Made by a program: the position numbers and the translations under genes. Below the pieces are notes generated by a model. The model saw only the letters and a program-made list of their open reading frames with translations, made no database searches and was not told the origin of the DNA. Of a stretch of DNA of 64,000 nucleotides, positions 12,431 to 24,446 are shown piece after piece. Position 1 is the first letter of the stretch. Each line of letters opens with the position of its first letter. This stretch comes from Mobula hypostoma (lineage: Eukaryota): assembly GCF_963921235.1 (NCBI RefSeq), contig NC_086097.1, positions 60,886,001-60,950,000 on the forward strand, in the 5' to 3' direction.

Positions 12431-12912
12431 CTTCCATATTTATGAATCAGATGAGAAGATTTCATATTCAAATGATTGACAGTTAGCAAAATAATAGATT
12501 TTAATCTGAATAAACATTGTAATCAGCTATGGTAAATTTATAATAGCAGCTTGTTGAATGGAATTCCTTTCAAACTGATCATCATGATTTTATCCCATTT
12601 TTGACATTGTTGATGCCTATTAAATTAAATACAAAGAACAATGATTTATTAACATTGTTTTACTATCTATTAATTTATCTCAGTATAGTAGTCAAATATG
12701 GCAAAAGATGAAAAGCAGATCTGAACAATTTGTAAGTCCTGTACAATATCTCCCTTTAGACTTTATGGGGTTTAAAATAGCAAGGATAATACTGAAATAA
12801 GTAAGACCTCAGTCATAATATAATTTTCTGAAAATATTATAACACAATAAAACTCCACTTCATATAATTAGAAGTCAGAAATGAGTTGTAGAAAGGGAAA
12901 AATAGAAAACTA

Positions 12913-14025
12913 CTAGGCAACGGGGTGACCGGTTGGGGCACCCTTTGAGAGAAGGGTAATGCAGTCTGATGGGACCAGAATGAACATTAAATTATCCTGA
13001 ATGCTATTGATATTGCTTTGCTTTGAAAACTGAAGTTGAAAACCTCAGTTTATTAAAGAAGAACGACGCGTAGCAAAGTAAATATAGCTGCTCCTCATTT
13101 AACGAAGGACACTTTTGATGGCATCATTTCCAGTTTATCTGCCACCCTTTTGCCTCTCGTTGTCATTCTGGAGACATGCAGCCCTTTCGTCCCCCGTCTC
13201 TTCATCTCTTCTGCTGTTTGTTGTATGTCTCTGATCCTGGAGACGTGCATGCCTCTCCTCCTCTGTCTCTTCTCCTCTCATCTTTTTTTATCCTGACTCT
13301 TTGATCCTGGAGTCATGCGGCCCTGGATTCATCCGATTCTTGTTCTGTCCCTCTCCTTGCCGCTTGCCGAAGATGCTTGGTGTGATCTCTTTACCATAAG
13401 GTCCCCCTTCCCTTACCACGCGGCATAATTAGGCTGACCGTAATGCTGGATAGATGATATGAAGCAGTAACACCAATGGATGCTGATTATTCTTGAAAGG
13501 CGAACATAAGGAAATCTGCAGATGCTGGAATTTCCAGCAACACACATAAAAATTGCCGGTGAACATAGCAGGCCAGGCAGCATCTCTAGGAAGAGGTACA
13601 GTCAACGTTTCGGGCGGAGACCCTACATCATAACCTTATCTGTTATTGATGGGTGGCAGTTAGATCTGTCCCAATCCTGCACATGTTGATCAGCAGAATG
13701 TGACCCCTCGAAATAGTGCTGCCCTGCCCTTTTGCTCCGGTAGGTGTCGCTGCTGAGGCTGGCTGTGCATATGCGTCAGGCTGTTGCGTCCCGATTTCTA
13801 TGATGGCAGGTTGACTCTTGGGTTAAAAGGGAGCCTGTTGATTTTGGCGAATGAGCAATTTTATATGAATATATAACCCTTAACTTTGCCTGCATTCTGT
13901 AAGTTAGCACATTTTAATTCGATTTAGCCGAAAAACGTGCCGCTGTAATGCACCGTTTGCACTAATTGGAGGTCACAAACAGACAAACAGACAGACAGAG
14001 CATGAGAGTTTTAGTAGTATATAGA
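12913..14025 (-). mobile_element. Non-autonomous Helitron with STPR-like repeat remnant
   Basis: Minus strand starts A|TCTATATACTACTAAAACTCTC...GTCTGTCTGT and ends with a GC hairpin (GGGTGccccaaccggtCACCC, 12923-12943) and CTAG|T; inserted at an AT dinucleotide with no TSD; three 23-codon repeats inside. Confidence 0.85.
13504..13630 (-). mobile_element. Penelope-terminal-repeat-derived short element inserted in the Helitron
   Basis: aaatctgcagatgctggaa...gtcaacgtttcgggcggagaccctacatca matches the family at 20051-20157 and 56161-56290. Confidence 0.8.
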
Positions 14026-14119
14026 TAAAACATGTTTGATTGCTTTCTCAAAGGACCTTAAATAAGTGCATGACTTTCCTAAGAAATTATTCTTAGGAAA
14101 TTATTATTTCCTAACAAAT

Positions 14120-14260
14120 TTCAGAATCAGAATAAGGTTTATTATCACCAGCATGCGTTGTGAAATTTGTTAACCTAGCAGCAACTTTTCAATGTAATAC
14201 ATAAAATAGAAGAAACAAATAAAATAATAATAATAAGTAAGAAAATCAATCAATTTCAGC
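14120..14260 (-). mobile_element. Rex1/Babar-type 3' tail fragment
   Basis: (atcaga)n tail + ggtttattatcaccagcatgcgttgtgaaatttgtt, same tail as 27440 and 54990. Confidence 0.7.
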
Positions 14261-17008
14261 AGTAAGATCCTAACTGAATAAGGTAAATGGATACAAGTGC
14301 TCAAAAGTTCTCAGCCTATTTTCTGCAACCCCAATTAAATTTAGGAATCCATATTTTTAAAGCATAGCACTTATTAAAAAGTAAAGTTTTCAGAAAATAA
14401 AAAAATACTAGGATAAAAATATTTAGGATATTAAATACCTTTAATATTTCCAACCAATGTTAAGTTTGTAATTGAAATTCTTAACTATCCAACATTGGAC
14501 TTAAGGATCCTAACAAAATTGCTCAGGTCCCTAGCATTTATGCCAAGGGTGCATTTGTTGCCTATCTTCTAATACTGCCCAACAAACTATCCGAAGCAGA
14601 GGGAAAGTTCCGAGTTCACATTTTTAAGACATTGCATGCAATCACGTAAATAGTGGGTAACTTACCTGCCCTGGAGTCCACAGTCTGTGATATTTTTCCT
14701 CCTCCTTCCCTCTCCGTTCTCATTATCCAAATACACCATTTTATGGTACTACAATAACAATTTAACTGTGCAAGCCATAATCCTGGCCTGGGCTAATCAA
14801 TTAAATGGAAATTAGAGGTCCTACTGAGGCTAGAGTTCCTGAACTACCTGATCTTGGGAATCAGTGGTGCATCCTCAACAGCGTCATCAAAGCCTGCAGG
14901 ATCTCTTCCCCAATAATGCTCCCGTTCTTCAGTCTAAGGCCACAATTCTGCTGATATTTTGAACACAAATGTGAACACAACACAATGAAAAAATATTTTC
15001 ATTGGCTTAATTTAAGTATTTTATTTTCACCAAGATCATTAATCTGAAATACTAATTGTGTTTCTACCTTCATTGATAATGCCAAACCTGCTGAGTATTT
15101 CCAGTATTTTACTTTTACATTTAACTTTTAAGTTGAATCAATTTAAGCAGAAGATGGTTTTTTACGTCTATTCCAGATTATTTTCAAAGTAAAGGGATGG
15201 ATAAAACATCTGCTGTCAGGTCCTTTGCTGAACAACTTTCTCATGAATATCACATATATGCACTACTTTTTACTTCTGGACTTGAAAGATCTGATAAAAA
15301 AACCAGAGGAAGTGAGCATCAAATGACGGTAGATCTGATGATTCACCAACATTGCTTGTGTGTAACTGACTTCTAATCCTGAATTATTTAAGGATAATCC
15401 ATGTATCTGTGTGGAGCATTCTGGCATTACAGAACATTCTGAGCAATAGTAGCTTTATTGCATAACATGTTACCCAAATTCCTTGCAATTAAGTAGTTCT
15501 GTCAGAAACAGTACACTACTTTGGACACTGCTGGGGGGATGACCTATCAGGGCACAGTAGCAGTGGCCAGGCCAGTGGCACCATGGCTGACTCTGAGGCT
15601 CAGCAGGGAAGAGCAAAGTTAGGTAGAGTGATTGGGATAGGAGACTTGATGGTTAGGGGAATGGACAGGAGATTTGGTGGCCCCGAAAAAAGATGCCAGG
15701 ATGATGTGTTGCCTCCCAGGTGCTAGGGTCAAAGATATCTCAGAACATCTGCAGAATATTCTCAACAGGGAGGGTGAGCAACCAGAGGTTGTGGTGCACA
15801 TTTGCACCATTGACTTAGGTAGACAAGGGGAAGAGGTCCTATGCAGTGAGTATCAGAATTTAGGGAAGAGGCAGGACTTCCAAAGTAGTAATCTCTGGAT
15901 TACTCCCAGTGCTACATTCTAGTCAGGGAAGCAAAAGGGTGATAGTACAGCTGAATGAGTGGCTGAAGAACTGAATTTCTGATCTCCTGATCATTATGAT
16001 CATTAGGATATCTTCTGGGGACAGTATGACCTGCTCAAAAAAAAAACGTGCTACACCTGAATCTAACAGAGACCAATATCCTTGCAGCGTGTTTACTAGA
16101 GCTGTTGAAGAGAATCTAAAATAATTTGCCATGGGGATGGGAACTGAAGTGATAGGGCTGAGGCTGGGGCAGCTGGTATACAAGTAGATGCAGTGTGTAG
16201 TGAGGCTGTGAGGAAGACGATAGGGCAAAATTGCAGACAGTGGGATGAGTTGAAGAATAACATGGGGGCAAAATCAAAAAGGGTGATGAATAAAGGACAG
16301 AATGTGTTAAATTTAAACACACGTAGTAGATGATCTTGCAGCGCAGTTAGAGACTGGCAGGTATGACACTGTGGACAGCACTGAGTTGTGACTGAAAGAT
16401 CATAGCTGGAAGTTTAACATCCACGTATATACACTGTATCAAAAGGATAGGCAGGTAGGCAGAGTGGGTGGCATGCTGTGTTGGTAAAAGATGAAATCAA
16501 ATTCATAGAGAAAAGGTGACATAGGATCAAAGGATATAAAATCCTTGTGGTTAGAGTTAAGAAACTTCAAAAGTTAAAAGATCTTGATATGTGTTACAAA
16601 CAGATCAGTGAACAGTAGTAAGGATGTGGGAAATAAATGACAATGTGAGATAGAAAAGGCACGTAAAAAGGATAATGTTATGATAGTCATGTCGGATTTC
16701 AATAGGCAGGTAGATTGGGAAAATCAGTTTAAAGCTGGATCCCAAGACAGGGAATTTGTAGAAAATTTATGAGGTATCTTTTTAGAGCAGCATGTGGTTG
16801 AGCCCACTAAGGGAAAGGCAATTCTGGACTGGGTGGTGTGCAATGAATCAGACTTTAATTAAGGAGCTTAAGGTAAAGGAACCTTGAGGATACAGTGATT
16901 ATAATATGATAGAATTCACCCTGCAGGTTGAGAGGGTAAAGGTAAACACAGATGTATCGGTGGAGTAAAGGGACTTACAGAGGTATGAGAGAGAAGGTGG
17001 CCAAAGTT

Positions 17009-19330
17009 ACTTTATACATTATACTTTATACCTTATTGTCACCAAACAATTGGTACTAGAATGTACAATCATCACAGCGATATTTGATTCTGCGCTTCAC
17101 ACTCCCTGGATTACAAATATTAAATATTAAAGATATTAAAAATAGTTAAAATTAGTAAATATTAAAAATTTAAATTATAGATCATAAATAGAAAATAGAA
17201 AAATGGGAAATAAGGTAGTGCAAAAAAACCAAGAGGCAGGTCTGGATATTTGGAGGGTACGGCCCAGATCTGGGTCAGGATCTGTTCAGCAGTCTTATCA
17301 CAGCTGGAAAGAAGCTATTCCCAAATCTGGCCATACGAGTCTTCAAGCTCCTGAACCTTCTCCCGGAGGTGAAGAAGGACGAAAAGTCTGTTAGCTGGGT
17401 GGGTCGTGTCCTTGATTATCCTGGCAGCACTGCTGCGACAGCGTGCAGTGTAAAGTGAGTCCACGGACGGAAGATTGGTTTATGTGATGTGCTGCGCCGT
17501 GTTCACGATCTTCTGCAGTTTCTTTCGGTCTTGGAGAGGACAACTTCCATACCAGGTTGTGATGCACCCTAGAAGAATGCTTTCTATGGTGCATCTATAA
17601 AAATTAGTGAGGGTTTTAGGGGACAGGCCAAATTTCTTTAGTTTTCTCAGGAAGTAAAGGCACTGGTGGGCCTTCTTGGCAGTTAACTCTGCTTGGTTGG
17701 ACCAAGTCAGGTCATTTGTGATATTGACCCCGAGGAACTTAAAGCTTTTGACCTGTTCCACTTGCCCACCACTGATGTAAATTGGGTCGTGCAGTCTGCT
17801 ACTCCTTCTAAAGTCAACAACCAATTCCTTCGTCTTGCTGACGTTAAGGGATAGGTTATTGTCTTCACACCATGCCACCAGGTTCTTAATTTCCTCTCTA
17901 TACTCAAACTCATCATTACTCGAGATACGGCCTACAATTGTTGTGTCATCAGCAAACTTATATATTGAGCTTGATGGAAACTTGGCTACACAATCATGGG
18001 TGTACAGTGAGTACAGCAGGGGGCAGAGTACACAGCCTTGTGGGGCACCGGTGCTCAGAGTGATTGTAGAGGAGAGCTTTGCCCCTATTTTTACAGCCTG
18101 GGTCCTGTCTGTGAAGAAGTTGAAGATCCAGCTGCAGATCTGAGTGCCAAGGCCCAGGTTCCAGAGCTTAGGAATCAGTTTATTTGGAATGATGGTATTA
18201 AAGGCAGAGCTGTAGTCAATGAAAAGAAGCCTTACGTATGCATCTTTATAGAGCCGCAGCTCTAGCCTTTAAAAGGGACTTGACCTCATAATTCATCCAA
18301 GGTTTCCAGTTTGGGAATACCCGGATCGTCTTGCGAGATACACAGTCCTCCGTGCATTTCCAAATAAAGCCCCTGACAGTTGAGGCATACTCATCGAGGT
18401 TAGCTGCCGAGTCCTTGAATACTAACCAGTCCACCGATTCAAAGCAGCCATGGAGGACCTCATCTGTTTCTTCCGTCCAACGCGACATTACTTTTGACAT
18501 AGTGACCGCCCACTTCAGTTTCTGTTTGTAAGCCAGGAGGAGGAGTACGGCCTGATGGTCCGATTTTCCAAAGTGAGGTTGTTGGACGGAACAGTAGGCA
18601 TCCTTGACTGCTGTGTAGCAGTGATCAAGTATATTCGGGCCTCTAGTGGGGCAGGAGACATGTTGGTATAACTTTGGCAGCGCCCTTCTGAGGTTGGCCT
18701 GGTTAAAGTCCCCGGCTGTAATGAGAAAAGCCTCCGGATACCTGGTCTCAAGTTCACTGATGCTGGCATACAGTATGTTCAGAGCACACTCCACGTCCGC
18801 CTGGGGGGGAATGTAGACCGCTGCCAGTATGACCGAGGTGAATTCCGGTGGCAGATAGTAGGGACGACACTCCACCAACAGGTGCTCCAGGTCCGGGCTT
18901 CAGGAGCTTGTCAGTGCCACTGTGTCCGAGCACCACCCAGTGTTGATCAGTAGGCAGACACCACCTCCCCTCGTCTTGCCCGAAGATGCCGTGCGGTCCA
19001 TCCGATGGATCGAAAATCCCTCCGGTCGGATGGCACAGTCGGGGGTGGCAGGGGAGAGCCAGGTCTCGGTGAAACAGAATACACAGCAGTTCTGCATCTC
19101 CCTGCAGTAGGTGAGTCTCCCTTTAAGATCATCCACCTTTTTCTCTATGGCTTGCACATTAGCTAGTAGGATGGTGGGCATAGGGACCCTGAAGCCCCTC
19201 AGCTTCAATCTGACCAGCAGCCCAGCTCTTTTCCCACGCTTCCTCAGTAAGTAGTGCATCTTTCTAGGTCTCCATTGATGCAGTGTGTTGTTGTCAGCTC
19301 TTTGATGTTAGTGGACGCGCCCCGTGGGAA
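17009..19330 (-). mobile_element. Rex1/Babar-clade LINE with internal deletion, inserted in CR1
   Basis: APE motifs (LLANVQ, CFTETWL, GGGVC, VYIPP, GDFNQ, LDHCY, SDH) at 18246-19259 are joined directly to RT ([21 protein letters not shown]) and the C-terminus at 17480-17878; (tataaag)-like tail at ~17010-17035. Confidence 0.9.
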
Positions 19331-19526
19331 GTCATTGAAGTTGGTTGAAAGGAGTTACTAGCAGGAATAGCAGTAGAACAGCAATGGCTGGAGTTTTTGT
19401 GAGCAATTTGGGAAGTGCAGTATAGATAAAAAATGAAGATAAAGAAGTATTCTAAAGGGAGGACTAGGCAACTGTGACTAATGAGGAAAGTCAAAGCCAG
19501 CATAAAAGAAAGAGCGAGGGCACAAT

Positions 19527-19610
19527 GAGAATCAGGTTTAATATCACTAGCATACGTCATAAAATTTGTTAACTTTTCGGCAGTAGTACAATGCAATGCA
19601 TGATAAATAT
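19527..19610 (-). mobile_element. Short Rex1-type 3' tail insertion within CR1
   Basis: agaatcaggtttaatatcactagcatacgtcataaaatttgtt, homologous to the 14120 and 27440 tails. Confidence 0.7.
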
Positions 19611-20050
19611 GGATAAAAAGGAATATAGCAAAAAATACTGGGACATTTGAGGATTGGAAAGCTTTTAAAAACCAACAGAAGGCAGATAAAAAAGCTATAA
19701 GGAGGGAAAAGATGAAATATGAAAGTAAGCTAGTCAATAGTAGAAAAGGGTATACCAAAAGACCTTCCAGATATCAAAAAAGGTCAATAAGAGGCAAGAA
19801 TGGATATTGGACCACTAGAAAATGATGCAAGGGAGAAGGTAATGGGAACAAAGAAATGGCAGACAATCATAAATATTTTGCATCAATCTTCACCATGGGA
19901 GACAAACAGTATGCCAGAACTTCATTAGTGTCAGGGGTCCGAAGTGTGTGTAGTTGCTATTACTTCTGAGAAGATGATTGGGAAGCTGAAAAGTTTGAAG
20001 TTAAATATGTCACTTGGCCCTGATGAAATACCCCACAGGGTTCTGAAAGA

Positions 20051-20157
20051 AACATCAACTGTACTTCTTCCTATGGATGCTGCCTGGCCTGCTGCGTTCC
20101 ACCAGCATTTTGTGTGTGTTGCTTGAATTTCCAGCATCTACAGATTTCCTCGTGTTT
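20051..20157 (+). mobile_element. Penelope-terminal-repeat-derived short insertion with 13-bp TSD
   Basis: Exact TSD gggttctgaaaga at 20038-20050 and 20158-20170 inside CR1 ORF2. Confidence 0.9.
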
Positions 20158-20342
20158 GGGTTCTGAAAGAGGTGGTTGAAGAAATTGTGGAGGCATCAGT
20201 AATGATCTTTCAAGAATCACTATATTCTGGAATGTTTCCAGAGGACTAGAAAATTGCAAATGTCACGTCACTCTTTAAGAAGGGAGAGAAGCAGAAGAAA
20301 GGAAATTATAGGCTGGTTAACCTGACCTCAGTGGTTGGCAAA

Positions 20343-20948
20343 TTAGATTAGATTAGATTATCAGGACACTCAGTCCTCGTTTATTGTCATTTAGAAATGC
20401 ATGCATGCACTAAGAAATGATACCATGTTCCTCCAGAGTGGTATCACAAAAAAAAAGAACAAACCAAAGACTAACACTGACAAGACCACATAATTATAAC
20501 ATATAGTTACAGCAGTACAAAGCAATACCATAATTTGATAAAGAGCAGACCATGGGAACAGCAAAAAAAAGTCTCAAAGTTCCGATCGACTCCCGATAGT
20601 CCAGGAGGGAGAAACTCTCCCTGCCATAAACCTCCAGGTGCTGACAACTGTCGATGCATTGGAAGCACCCGACAATAGCCGACTCTGAGTCCGTCCGAAA
20701 ACTTCGATCCTCAGACCAGCCGTTCGACACCGAGCACCGAGCACTACCTCTACCGAGCGCTTCGACCCCACCCCGGCCGCCAAGCAACAAGCAAAGCCGA
20801 GAACTCGGGGCCTTCCCCTCCGGAGATTCTGGATCACACAGTAGCAGCAGCAGTGAAAAAGGCATTTCAGAAGTTTCTCCAGATGTTCCTCTGTTCTCTC
20901 ATGTCTGTCTCCATCAAATCAGGATTGTGCATGGCACCCTACTTGACA
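20343..20948 (-). mobile_element. Non-coding CpG-rich retroposon with (TCTAA)n tail, inserted in CR1 RT
   Basis: ttagattagattagatta tail at 20343-20360; the CR1 frame (LTSVVG...MESII) resumes at ~20949. Confidence 0.65.
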
Positions 20949-22479
20949 GATGGAGTCCATTATTAAGGAGGACGTTTTAAGGTACTTGGAGACACATGAT
21001 TAAAAAAAAGGCCAAGGTCAGCATAATTTCCTTAAGGCAAAATCTTGATTGACAAATCTGTTTGAATTTTTTTAAGAAATAGTGGGCTGAATAGACAAGG
21101 AGATTCAGTAGATGTTGCTTGGACTTTCTTCTCTTGGACAAACTGCCACACTTGAGATTACTTAACAAGATAAGAGCCATGCTATTAATGAAAAGGTACA
21201 AGATTGGATGCACATTTGGCTCTCTAGCACTAAAGAAGGCCTTTTCTGGTTGGTGGCCTCTGACTAGTGGTTTTCCACAGGGGTCTGTAGTTTGGTTGCT
21301 TCATTTCATGTTACATGTCAATAATTTGGATGAAGGAATTGATGGCTTTGTGACCAAGTTTGCAGATATTACAAAGATAGCCGGAGGTGTAGGCAGAGTT
21401 GAAGAAGCAGGAAGTTTGCAGAAGGATTTAGACAGACGTGGCAAATGGGTAAAGAAGTAGCAGGCGGAATATACTGTTGGGATGTGTATGATCATTCACT
21501 TTGGTGGAAGGAGCAAAAGGCAGAGATTATTTGTTAGACAGGGTGAAAATTCAAAAATCAGAGGTGCAAAGGGACTTAAGAGTCCAGTACAGTATTCTCT
21601 AAAGGTTTACTTACAGGTGGTAGAAGGTAAATGCAATGTTGACATTCATTTCGAGAAGAGTAGAAAATAAGTGCAAGGATGGAATACTGAAGCTTTGTAA
21701 GGCACTGTTCAGACTGCACTTGGAATTTTGTGAGCAGTTTTGGGCCCCTTATCTACTGGAGATTGTTCAGAGGAGGTTCACAAGAATGATTCAAGGGATG
21801 AAAGAGTTATTGCAAGATAAGCATTTGATGGCTCTGGGCCTGTACTCACTTGAATTTAGAAGAATGAGGAGGGATCTCATTGAATCCTATCAAATATTGA
21901 AAGACCTAGATAGAGTGGTTATGGAGAGGATATTTGCTATAATGGGTGAGTCCAGGACCAGTGGGCACAGCCTCAGAATAGAGGGACATCCATTCAGAAT
22001 AAAGATGAGTAGGAATTTCTTCAGGCCATGGGTGGTGAATTTGTGGAATTGATTGCCACAGGTGGCTGTGGAGGGAAACTGTTGAGTACATTTAAAGTGG
22101 AGGTTGATAGATTCTTGATAAATCAGGGCGTTAAATGTTATGAGGAGAAGAGAGGTCTCATGGTCTTAAGGTCTAAGTTTTCTTAATTGTCTAGAATAGT
22201 CACATTTAGTAAATGAAAATGAAATAAAATATTAACAGGAATACTTTAAAAAGTTCAGATTTTAAATGCATTCCTTAAATGATAACCACACGGGCCATTT
22301 AACAGACAGTGGCAGAGGAATTTTTTAATATAACGTGTCTTTCAGGGACTCAATGGGGCAAAATGTTAACCATGCAACAAAATATTTTTGAAGCATGATC
22401 TAAGCTAAGAAGACACAGGAGATAGTTTGCATAAATATCCAAAATTCCATTAAGACTAATAGGACAAATGAACAGGTAA

Positions 22480-22790
22480 GACTATAAGGCCATAAGACCT
22501 AGGAGCAGATTTAGGTCATTTGGCATGTCGAGTCTGCTTCGCCATTCCATCATGGCTGATTTATTATCCCTCTCAAACCCATTCTTCTGCCTTTTCCCTG
22601 TAACCTATGTCACCCTTACTAAACAAGAACCTCCCCTTTATACATACTCAATGACAGTGTTACTGAATTCCAGAGATTCACAAACATTTAATGATAGAAA
22701 TTCCTCACCTTTGTTCTAAAGGAAGTCCTTGTATTCGAGGCTGTGCCCTCTGATTGCATACTCCCCTCCCTTTTGGAAACATCCAATATA
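22480..22790 (-). mobile_element. CR1 3' end fragment
   Basis: (gaccataa)n tail + ggagcaga...ggtcatttggc; ORF2 C-terminal remnant. Confidence 0.75.
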
Positions 22791-23349
22791 TTTATGGGGT
22801 TAAGGGTGAAATGTTTATCCCAATGTCTAATTAGTTTCTGCCAGATTTTTAATAGTATAATTCTGTGTATCTGTGGAGTTGGTGGTCTTGGTTTCACACA
22901 CTATCCAGCAAATAACATTTACAAGAATACCGCTCTGAATACTGCACTGAAACACCAATGTTATATACTCATCCATAGTTTCCTTTGAAACCTATTACTG
23001 ATAAAAGGCCGAATAGAGGAGAAAATAATTGCTATCAAAATATGCATATTTTCTATCGAGAAGAAGCTGTGGAAGTGGAAGGGTAGCCACTCAGTTTAAA
23101 ATTATTTCTTCAGAAACCTAATGCAATTGCTCAGCTTTTGAAAACTCATGCAAATTAAATTCCTGATGTTTGAGTGAACAGAATAGAAACACTTCCCACA
23201 AGTGAACACCAGTTCAAATTTGTTGAATAAAGACCTGTGTGTACTAAAGTCAACAGTTTTGTTCAATTTAAATGTTTTAATGTTTTTGGTAATGGTCTGA
23301 AATATAGTTTATTTGTGTTTACCCATGTCTTCATTAAAACTAAACAATT

Positions 23350-24308
23350 GGACATTGAACATAGAACATCACAACACAGTACAGGCTCTTCGGCCCTTGA
23401 GGTTGTACGACTTGTTAACTTATTCTTAAGGTCAATCCAACCCATCCTCTCATATAGCTCTCAATTTTTTCTATCATCCATGTACCTATCTGAAAGTTTA
23501 TTAAATGTCTCTCATGTATCTGCCGTTACCATCACTCCTGTCACTAGGTTCCATGCACCCACTACCTGTGTGTAAAAAAACTTACCTCTGACGTCACCTC
23601 AATATTCTGCACAAACTTCCTTAAAATTAATCCCCTTTAAATGGCCATTTCTGCACTGGGGAAAAGTTTCTGGCTGTTCACTCGATGAATGTCCCTTATC
23701 ATCCCATACTGCTTTATCAAGTCAAATCACGTCCTCCTTTGTTCCAAAGAGGAAAGCCCTAGATCGCTCAACTCTCTTCAAAAAACATTTTCTGCAATTC
23801 CTAATGCATAATCTCTAAAGCTTCCACATCCTTCCTATAATGAGGTTGCCAAAACTGAACACAATATTCCAAGTGTGGGCTCGGGAAGGTTTTATAGGAC
23901 TGCAATATTACTTCATGGCTCTTGAACTCAATCCCCAAAACCATACACATACTCAACAACTCGATCAACGTGTGTGGCAACTTTGAGGGCATTTTGGATG
24001 TAGACCTCAAAATCCCTCTGTTGCCCCACACTACTAAGAATCTTGCCATTAACTCTGTAATCTGCCTTCAAATTTGACTTTCCAAAGTGAAATATTTTAC
24101 ACTTTTCTGGGTTGAGATCTGTCTAGAGCTTCTCAGCACAGCTTTACATTCTGTCACTGTAAACCTCAACAAATTTTTACACTATCCACAACGCAACCAA
24201 CTTTAGTGTCATCTGCAAACTTATTAACCCACAGTTCCATTTCTCACCAAAACTACTATAAACATCACAAAGAGCAGTGGTTCCAGAACAATGTTCCCTG
24301 CAGAACAA
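23350..24308 (-). mobile_element. CR1 RT/3' part; host of the Gypsy insertion, continuing at 31827-32025
   Basis: PHLEYCVQFWQPHYRKD (23801-24049); the sequence ...ccctgcagaaca| continues as |aacaccacagatcactgagctccaggcagaat after 31826. Confidence 0.85.
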
Positions 24309-24446
24309 TGTTATGTTTTGTAACTCCAGAAATAAATTGAAAGAAATACCTAGCAAAGCCGGGGTAATCGGTGCCTAGTTTCATTTATACTACCAGTGAG
24401 GCTCACACTTATCATGTGCTGGTATAATAATGTGTGCCCTTGATGA

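Larger units (their letters stand above)
15505..22170 (+). mobile_element. Near full-length decayed CR1 LINE (ORF1 esterase, APE, RT), interrupted by four insertions
   Basis: ORF1 SGNH-like (MMCCLPGARVKDI...VVVHI) ~15620-16150; APE remnants 16300-17005; resumes at ~19335; RT 20200-21460 (GFPQGSV, KFADITK); C-terminus 21636-22052 (LGLYSLEFRRMRRDLIE). Confidence 0.9.

Noticed and set aside
19294..19758. Hydrophobic 154-aa ORF as a membrane protein (likewise 26057-26605, 44433-44978, 45873-46271)
   Set aside because: These are antisense frames of A-rich CR1 ORF2 sequence.
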